Made by a program: the position numbers and the translations under genes
Assembly (NCBI GenBank): GCA_027021705.1
Contig: JALUTT010000031.1
Span: 1 to 15,564 of the forward strand
Direction: 5' to 3'
From: Anaerolineae bacterium
GTDB lineage: Bacteria; Chloroflexota; Anaerolineae; S140-20
Length of the DNA stretch: 15,564 bases
The notes under the pieces: generated by a model
Told to the model about the DNA's origin: nothing
Database searches by the model: none
What the model saw: only the letters and a program-made list of their open reading frames with translations
Shown here: one piece after another, positions 1 to 6,441 of the stretch
How the letters are laid out: each line of letters starts with the position of its first letter
Numbering within the stretch: the stretch's first letter is position 1

Positions 1-714
1 ATGCCTGAAAGCCAGGCGGGCTGGCTCACCTGCCCGCCCCAGGTGGTGGTGGTTCCAGGAGGTCAACGGTATGGGCGACGCCATAGCCCGAGGTGTGACG
101 GCGTCCATCCCGGTGCCGGCCGGTGGTATCTGTCTCACACCTGGCATATCCCCCTTCTGCGCAGCCTGTTGCTGGGAGGCTTGTGGCATCTCAGCGGCCG
201 GGAGGGGCCGGCCTGGGTGAGTCTGATCCCCTGGGTGCAGTGGCTGTGGCAAGGTGGGGGGCGGTGGTGGCCCTGGCTGCTTCATCAGCCCGAGTGGCAG
301 GCGGTGCGCTGGCTGCTGGAGCAGGGGCAGCTCCTGGCGATGGCCGCCCTGGTCGGGCTGAGCCTGGGGGCGCTGCTGAGGGGCGAGGGGGTAACCTTCC
401 CCCTGCCGGCGATGGGGAAGGGGGGTGGGGGCCCCGGCCTCTGGACGATGGGGCTGGGCTGCACCCTCTGTGGTCGGGAAGAGCCCTGGGTTGACGTGGT
501 GCAGGAGGAGGACGGGAGTTACAGGGCCACCCTCTGCGGCCACTTCACCCTTTCGGTCAGGGGAGACCATCCCTTTCGGATACGGTTGCCGATGCTCTTC
601 CTGCGCCTTTTGGAAGTGCCGGGCCCCCGGCGGGGAGGACGCCGCACCCGCTGGTGGGGGGTGGAGCGCGTCCACCGGCACTTGCGGGAGCAAGGGGTGC
701 TTGCGCCGGCCTGA
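1..714 (+). CDS. Hypothetical Trp-rich protein, possibly a truncated or internally deleted remnant of a large transposase-like gene; 5' end uncertain at the window edge
   Basis: 237-aa ORF with hydrophobic W/L-rich segments and CxxC...CGH. The end (FLRLLEVPG..RRTR / WWGVERVHRHLREQGV) resembles my unverified recollection of N-terminal regions of Chloroflexota transposase-like proteins. No DDE domain is present. Confidence 0.3.
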   Translation: MPESQAGWLTCPPQVVVVPGGQRYGRRHSPRCDGVHPGAGRWYLSHTWHIPLLRSLLLGGLWHLSGREGPAWVSLIPWVQWLWQGGGRWWPWLLHQPEWQAVRWLLEQGQLLAMAALVGLSLGALLRGEGVTFPLPAMGKGGGGPGLWTMGLGCTLCGREEPWVDVVQEEDGSYRATLCGHFTLSVRGDHPFRIRLPMLFLRLLEVPGPRRGGRRTRWWGVERVHRHLREQGVLAPA

Positions 715-1051
715 GCGTCGTCTGGCCTTTGGAGGCAACTCAGAATGAGGTCCCAAACTCGTGACGGTCGCCAACACTCGCTCGAAATCTTGGCGGATCT
801 GGTGTATAATCCGCTCGGAGTTGGAAGACAGAGAAGGCGGTAAGGCCCATCGCGATCGAAAGTTTGGTCAGCAAGACGGTGGTACCGCCCGATGTCCGGC
901 TCCTCTACCGTGATCATCCATAAGCAAGTGGTGAATCGGGAGCCTCCCAGCAACCGGTACCCCCGCTTGCTCAGAGCCCACGTCAGGCCCTCCTCTCGGT
1001 TGTCGGTTGCCTATGCGCATCATCGCCGTAATCACCGGCGTTTGCACGGCG

Positions 1052-1060
1052 TGGTATACT
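1052..1060 (+). promoter_or_regulatory. Possible extended -10 promoter (TG-G-TATACT) for the glycoside hydrolase
   Basis: TGnTATACT lies about 45 nt upstream of ATG 1104; no good -35 element. Confidence 0.3.
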
Positions 1061-1103
1061 TCCTGCGCTCTAATCTCCATAAGTTCAAGGACGGATACCC
1101 TAT

Positions 1104-2885
1104 ATGGCGCGGACGAAACGACGGACCCTCTTCCTGTTCCTGGTGCTCCTCTCCACCGTGTTGGCCGGCCCTGTGGCGGCCGGCGGGCCTCCTGATCGCC
1201 GCTTCGGAGTGATCGAGTCCTACGACGCACCGGCTGCGGCAACGGCGCTGGGGGCTGGCTGGACCCGCATTCCCTTCCGCTGGGCAGAGATCCAGCCCAC
1301 CGGCAATCAGGAGTGGATCCCCCCTATCTCCGACGATGCCCTGGCCGCCGAGATCGCCGCCGGTCGGGAACCGGTGGGGATGCTGGTGACGACGCCGGCC
1401 TGGGCCACCGACCTGGGCATCGGTCCCGGCGTCCCCCTGGGCCTCCACCTGCCCCACACCAATCCGGACAACCAGTGGGCCACCTTCGTCCGCCAGGCGG
1501 TGGGACGCTACGCGGGTCGCATCAACGCTTGGATCATCTGGAATGAGCCCGACGTCTGGGACCCCAACCACCCCGGCTACACCTGGGGAGGCTCCGTCGA
1601 GGACTTCCTGCAACTCCTACGAGTGGCCTATGTCACGGCCAAGGAGACCAACCCCAACGCGGTCATCCTCTTCCCCGGCACCAGCTACTGGTGGGACGCT
1701 GCCTACGGTCGGGACCTCTTCTTCCGTCGCTTCCTGGAGGTGTTGGTCCGGGATGGCAACGCGGTGGGGAACAACTACTACTTCGACGCCGTGGCGCTGC
1801 ACCTCTACTTCCAGCCGGAGAAGATCTACGACATCATCGGCCTCTACCACAACCTGATGCGCGGCTACGGCTTCGACAAGCCCATCTGGCTGGTGGAGAC
1901 GAACGCGGCCCCTTCCAACGACCCGGCCCGTCCGGTTCCCAACCCTCGCTTCCAGGTGACGCTGGAGGATCAGGCCACCTTCATCATCCAGACCTTCGCC
2001 CTGGCCATCGCAGCGGGGGCTTCCCGCGTCGGCGTCTTCAAGCTCATTGACACACCCGGCGACATCGCGGCCAACCCAGAGCCCTTCGGCCTGGTGCGGG
2101 CCGATGGGAGTCGCCGGCCCGCCTTCACCGCCTTCCAGGTGGCGGCGACCTACCTGGCCGGCTTCACCCAGGGCCGGCTGGAGCGCCGGGACGAGGTGGC
2201 GATGGTCGTCGTCGAGCGCCAGGGGGGGACGACAACCGTCGTCTGGTCCCGCTCCCCCAGCCCCCAGACGGTGATCGTGCCGGCCCGAGCCGCCTCAGCG
2301 CTGGTGGTGGATCAGTGGGGCCGACGCCGACGGGTGAGGGCCCAGGCCGGCGGGTACACTCTCTCGCTGGCTGGGGCAAGCTGCACCAATCCATCCCCCT
2401 GCCTGATGGGCGGGCCTCCCCTGCTGGTGGTAGAGGGAGCAGAGGGAGCCGTCCCGGCCCCATCAGTGGCTCCACCGCCCGCCTCGGCACCGGCCTCTCC
2501 CACACCCACGCCGGCCGCAACAGCCCCGCCGCAGGAGAGGACGCCGGAGGTCCAACCCACCGCCACGCCGACGAGAACGCCTGCGCCCGCCCCCACGGCC
2601 CCGGTCTCGCCCACGCCGCGTCCCACGGCCACCCCGTCGCCGACGGCCACAATCACCCCGTCGCCGACGGCAACTCCCTCTCCAACGCCCTCTCCGGAGC
2701 CCGAGGAGAGCCCGTCACCGACGCCAACGGCCCCTAAGCGTTCCGTTGCGCCGACGCCTACGCCCTCTGCCACCCGGATTCCCGATCCCCCCCTCGCCAG
2801 AGGGAAGCTCTCCCTGTGGTCCCTGCCGGCCTTGATCCTCCTGCTTGGTGGTGCGATCCTGATGCATCGGAAGATAAGGCGGTGA
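1104..2885 (+). CDS. Secreted, C-terminally anchored clan GH-A glycoside hydrolase (GH5/GH39-like)
   Basis: N-terminal signal peptide (MARTKRRTLFLFLVLLSTVLA..), WIIWNEPD acid/base motif, DAVALHLY, KPIWLVETN nucleophile motif, long P/T/S linker, and a C-terminal hydrophobic helix followed by the basic tail HRKIRR. Confidence 0.8.
   Translation: MARTKRRTLFLFLVLLSTVLAGPVAAGGPPDRRFGVIESYDAPAAATALGAGWTRIPFRWAEIQPTGNQEWIPPISDDALAAEIAAGREPVGMLVTTPAWATDLGIGPGVPLGLHLPHTNPDNQWATFVRQAVGRYAGRINAWIIWNEPDVWDPNHPGYTWGGSVEDFLQLLRVAYVTAKETNPNAVILFPGTSYWWDAAYGRDLFFRRFLEVLVRDGNAVGNNYYFDAVALHLYFQPEKIYDIIGLYHNLMRGYGFDKPIWLVETNAAPSNDPARPVPNPRFQVTLEDQATFIIQTFALAIAAGASRVGVFKLIDTPGDIAANPEPFGLVRADGSRRPAFTAFQVAATYLAGFTQGRLERRDEVAMVVVERQGGTTTVVWSRSPSPQTVIVPARAASALVVDQWGRRRRVRAQAGGYTLSLAGASCTNPSPCLMGGPPLLVVEGAEGAVPAPSVAPPPASAPASPTPTPAATAPPQERTPEVQPTATPTRTPAPAPTAPVSPTPRPTATPSPTATITPSPTATPSPTPSPEPEESPSPTPTAPKRSVAPTPTPSATRIPDPPLARGKLSLWSLPALILLLGGAILMHRKIRR
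2450..2793 (+). repeat. Pro/Thr/Ser-rich low-complexity linker coding region (PTATPSPT-like units)
   Basis: Translation shows repeated PTATP/SPTP units; boundaries are approximate. Confidence 0.8.
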
Positions 2886-2978
2886 GAGGGAGAGAGGCCC
2901 AACGCCCTTCGGGGCCGCCTTCCAAACCCCAGAAACCGGGATCAAAGCGCCGATAAGCCCGGAGCCTCACCAGCCTCC

Positions 2979-3007
2979 TTGCCTCTTCAAGAATCCTGGA
3001 GTACAAT
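2979..3007 (+). promoter_or_regulatory. sigma70-type promoter for yacL-cysS-rlmB
   Basis: TTGCCT (2979-2984), 17-nt spacer, TACAAT (3002-3007). Confidence 0.65.
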
Positions 3008-3012
3008 TCTGG

Positions 3013-3092
3013 AGGTGGTCGCTTGGTCAGGTGGTCCGTGTCCCTTGCTCTCTGTCCCTTGTCCCTCAGTCGGCGGTCGGTGGTCGGCAGTC
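3013..3092 (+). repeat. Short mosaic array of degenerate 8-mer and 7-mer tandem repeats
   Basis: aggtggtc gcttggtc aggtggtc | cgtgtcc cttgctc tctgtcc cttgtcc | ctcagtc ggcggtc ggtggtc ggcagtc; these are the same unit types as at 14817-15096. Confidence 0.8.
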
Positions 3093-3127
3093 GGGACCTT
3101 TGACCGTTACTTTGCACAGGACTGGTG

Positions 3128-4192
3128 ATGAGCATTGAATTCTTCTTCCGCCTGGTTGGGATGGTCGTGATGGCCATTCTGGGATGGCAGGTCGGCATCA
3201 CGCTCTCAGGGGGAAGTACAGAAGCGGAGATCCGATACGTGCTGGTGCTCTCCCTGGCCGGTGCCGCCCTGGGCCTGCTCCTCACGCCTTGGGTGACGAC
3301 CCGTCCCTTCCGGGCGATCCGTCAGCAACTGCGCCAACTGCCGGCGCAGCAACTGGTCGCCGCAACCCTCGGCCTGATCGTCGGTCTGATCATCGCCGCT
3401 CTGCTCGCCTTCCCCATCTCCCTGCTCCCCCCTCCCTTTGGTCAGGTGCTCCCCTTCCTAGGCGCACTGTGCTTTGCCTACCTGGGCAGCGCGGTGATGG
3501 TGATGCGCCAGAAGGACATCTTCGCCGTCTTCAGCGGGCGCTGGTCGGCGCGGGAGCGCGGGCTCGGCAGCCCTTCAGACAGCCGCCCCATCCTGCTGGA
3601 TACCAGCGTGATCATAGATGGGCGCATCGCCGACATCGCTCAGACCGGCTTTATCTCCGGGGAATTGCTGGTTCCCCGCTTCGTGCTCAACGAGCTCCAG
3701 TACATCGCCGACTCTCCTGACCGGCTGCGGCGCAACCGAGGCCGACGCGGCATGGAAGTCCTGCGTATCCTGCGGGAGGATGCCCCTATCCCAGTCCGCA
3801 TCACCGATATGGACATCGAAGGCACCCGCCAAGTGGACGACAAACTCATCCTATTGGCCAAGCGGCTCCACTGCCCCATTATGACCAACGACTACAACTT
3901 GAACCGGGTGGCGGAACTGCAAGGGGTGCAAGTGATGAACATCAATGAGCTGGCTAATGCCGTGCGAGCCATCTATCTCCCCGGTGAGACCCTGGAGATC
4001 GAGGTCATCCAGGAAGGCAAGGAGATCGGGCAGGGGGTCGGCTATCTGGACGATGGGACGATGGTGGTGGTGGAGAGCGGTCGGGACTACATCGGCAAAA
4101 CCATCCCGGTGATCGTCACCAAAGTTCTGCAAACGGCCGCCGGGCGGATGATCTTCGCCCGGCCTCACCTGGACAGCAGCCCCCAAAGATGA
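3128..4192 (+). CDS. yacL: YacL-family membrane protein with PIN and TRAM domains
   Basis: Four N-terminal TM segments, LLDTSVIIDGRI PIN motif, RRNRGRRG, TNDYNLN, and TRAM motifs GQGVGYLDDGTMVVVE and VLQTAAGRMIFA. Start is either GTG 3125 or ATG 3128. Confidence 0.92.
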   Translation: MSIEFFFRLVGMVVMAILGWQVGITLSGGSTEAEIRYVLVLSLAGAALGLLLTPWVTTRPFRAIRQQLRQLPAQQLVAATLGLIVGLIIAALLAFPISLLPPPFGQVLPFLGALCFAYLGSAVMVMRQKDIFAVFSGRWSARERGLGSPSDSRPILLDTSVIIDGRIADIAQTGFISGELLVPRFVLNELQYIADSPDRLRRNRGRRGMEVLRILREDAPIPVRITDMDIEGTRQVDDKLILLAKRLHCPIMTNDYNLNRVAELQGVQVMNINELANAVRAIYLPGETLEIEVIQEGKEIGQGVGYLDDGTMVVVESGRDYIGKTIPVIVTKVLQTAAGRMIFARPHLDSSPQR

Positions 4193-4212
4193 GCTTTCGG
4201 GAGGAAGCCTCC

Positions 4213-5673
4213 ATGAGCCTGCAGGTCTACAACTACCTCACCCGGAAAAAGGAGCCCTTCGTCCCCCTGCACGAGGGAGAGGTGCGGATTTACGTCTGTG
4301 GCCCCACCGTCTACGACCACGCCCACCTGGGCCACGCCAAGACCTACATCTCCTTCGACGTGATCGTGCGCTACCTGCGCTTCAAGGGCTACCGGGTGAA
4401 GTACGTCCAGAACATCACCGATGTCGGTCACCTCCTGGAGACCGGTGAGGATCGCATCCTGAAGGGCGCCCGGCGGGAGCGGATGGACCCGATGGAGCTG
4501 GTGGAGATCTACACCCGTAGCTACTTCGAGGATATGGATGCGCTGGGCGTCGTGCGCCCCAACATCTCCCCCCGGGCCAGTTGCCACATCCCCGAGCAGA
4601 TCGAGATGATCCGCGTCCTGCTGGAGAAGGGATACGCCTACGAAGTGGACGGCAACGTCTACTTCTCTGTGGAGAAGTTCCCCGAGTACGGCAAGCTCTC
4701 AGGGCGAAAGGTCGAGGAACAGGAGCCGGGAGCCCGGGTGGCCGTGCGGGAGGAGAAACGCCATCCCGCTGACTTCGCCCTCTGGAAGCGGGCCGAGCCG
4801 GAGCACATCCTCCGCTGGCCCAGCCCCTGGGGATGGGGGTACCCGGGCTGGCACATCGAGTGCTCGGTGATGGCCACCAAGTACCTGGGGGAGACCTTTG
4901 ACATCCACGGCGGCGGCGTGGACAACATCTTCCCCCACAACGACTGCGAGATCGCCCAGGCCGAGGCGGCGACGGGCAAGCCCTTCGCCCGCTACTGGCT
5001 GTTGACCGGCTCGCTGACGGTCAACGGGGTGAAGATGAGCAAGAGCCTGGGTAACTTCCTGACCATCAAAGATGCCCTGAAGCTCTACAGCCCCTACACC
5101 CTTCGCTTCTTCATCCTCTCCAGCCACTACCGCAGCCCCGTTGACTTCAGCCGGGACGCGCTGGTGGCGGCGCGGCGGGGCGTGGAGCGGTTGCACAACA
5201 CGGTGCGCCTGCTGCGGACCCGCCTGGAAGCGACGATGCCCTCGGGGACGGCGGACCTCTCGTACATGACCGACTTAGATTCCCACCGGGAGCGCTTCCT
5301 GGAAGCGATGGACGATGACTTCAACACGGCAGGAGCCCTGGCCGCCCTCTTCGAGCTGAACAAGGAAGTCAACCAGCTCCTCAGTTCCGGCCAGCCCCTC
5401 AGCCGGGGCACCCTGGCCGCCATTGACCAACTCTACCGGGAGCTGGGGGGCAAAGTGTTGGGCATCATCCCCGACGATCTGGGACCCACCAGGGAGAAAC
5501 GGGGCTTGGAGAGCAACCTCATCCAACTGCTGGTGGACCTGCGCAACGAGTACCGCCAGGCGAAAGAGTGGGACAAGGCGGATATGATTCGGGACCGCCT
5601 TCTGGTGCTGGGCGTCGCCCTGGAGGACCGCCCGGACGGCACGACCTGGCGGTACGTGGAGGATGAAGACTGA
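4213..5673 (+). CDS. cysS: Cysteine--tRNA ligase
   Basis: [11 protein letters not shown] (HIGH-type), [25 protein letters not shown] and MDDDFNT motifs. GGAGG RBS precedes ATG 4213; the ORF track start is 4189. Confidence 0.97.
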   Translation: MSLQVYNYLTRKKEPFVPLHEGEVRIYVCGPTVYDHAHLGHAKTYISFDVIVRYLRFKGYRVKYVQNITDVGHLLETGEDRILKGARRERMDPMELVEIYTRSYFEDMDALGVVRPNISPRASCHIPEQIEMIRVLLEKGYAYEVDGNVYFSVEKFPEYGKLSGRKVEEQEPGARVAVREEKRHPADFALWKRAEPEHILRWPSPWGWGYPGWHIECSVMATKYLGETFDIHGGGVDNIFPHNDCEIAQAEAATGKPFARYWLLTGSLTVNGVKMSKSLGNFLTIKDALKLYSPYTLRFFILSSHYRSPVDFSRDALVAARRGVERLHNTVRLLRTRLEATMPSGTADLSYMTDLDSHRERFLEAMDDDFNTAGALAALFELNKEVNQLLSSGQPLSRGTLAAIDQLYRELGGKVLGIIPDDLGPTREKRGLESNLIQLLVDLRNEYRQAKEWDKADMIRDRLLVLGVALEDRPDGTTWRYVEDED

Positions 5674-5687
5674 GCCGTTCCGACAGG

Positions 5688-6437
5688 ATGGGTCTCCCCG
5701 GCTATGAGCACATCTATGGACGCCAGGCAGTACGGGAGGTGCTGCGGGCCGGCCGCCGTCGGGTCCACCGCCTCCTCCTCGCCCAGGGCGTTCGGGTCAA
5801 GGGTGGGGTGGAGGAGATCCTGAGGCTGGCCGAGCGGCAGGCGATCCCGGTGCAGCCCGTTCCCCGCCGAGAACTGGACCGGATCCACCCAGGACACCAG
5901 GGGGTTGCCCTTGAGGCAACCCCCTATCCCTATGTGGACCTGGATGCCATCCTGCGCCGGCCGGCGCAGCGCGGCGAGATGCCGTTGTTGCTGCTCCTGG
6001 ACTGTCTGCAAGACCCCCAGAACTTCGGCTCCCTGCTGCGCACGGCCGAGGCGACCGGCGTCCACGGCGTCATCATCCCCCAGCGGCACGCGGTGGGGGT
6101 GACACCGACCGTGGTCAACACGTCGTCCGGAGCCGTAGAGCACCTGCTGGTCACCCGCGTGGTCAACCTGGCCCGCACGATGGCTCGCCTCCGGGAGGCG
6201 GGGATCTGGCTGGCGGGGCTGGAGAACCTCCCCCAGGCCCACGACTACACCCAGGTGGACCTGACCGTCCCCCTGGGAGTAGTCGTGGGCAGCGAGGGGA
6301 AGGGGCTGCGGCGTCTGGTCCGGGAGCGGTGCGACCTCCTGCTCCGGCTCCCGATGCGAGGGCGCATCAACTCCCTGAACGCTGCCGTCGCCGGCTCCAT
6401 CGTGCTCTACGAGGTGCTCCGGCAGCGGGAGGGATGA
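5688..6437 (+). CDS. rlmB: 23S rRNA (guanosine-2251-2'-O)-methyltransferase, SpoU/TrmH family
   Basis: IYGRQAVRE, HQGV, LDCLQDPQNFGSLLRTA, GSEGKG and SLNAAVA motifs; conserved position after cysS. Confidence 0.93.
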   Translation: MGLPGYEHIYGRQAVREVLRAGRRRVHRLLLAQGVRVKGGVEEILRLAERQAIPVQPVPRRELDRIHPGHQGVALEATPYPYVDLDAILRRPAQRGEMPLLLLLDCLQDPQNFGSLLRTAEATGVHGVIIPQRHAVGVTPTVVNTSSGAVEHLLVTRVVNLARTMARLREAGIWLAGLENLPQAHDYTQVDLTVPLGVVVGSEGKGLRRLVRERCDLLLRLPMRGRINSLNAAVAGSIVLYEVLRQREG

Positions 6438-6441
6438 TCCC

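Noticed and set aside
817..890. GGTGGTACCGC resembling a T-box antiterminator bulge, with AGAGA upstream
   Set aside because: The leader is too short for stem I, no terminator follows, and the downstream gene is unrelated to amino acid metabolism.
892..1212. 106-aa ORF overlapping the glycoside hydrolase start
   Set aside because: It has no RBS or recognisable motif and overlaps a better-supported gene.
2895..2920. GCCC-TTCG-GGGC hairpin after the glycoside hydrolase as an intrinsic terminator
   Set aside because: The stem is short and there is no U-tract.
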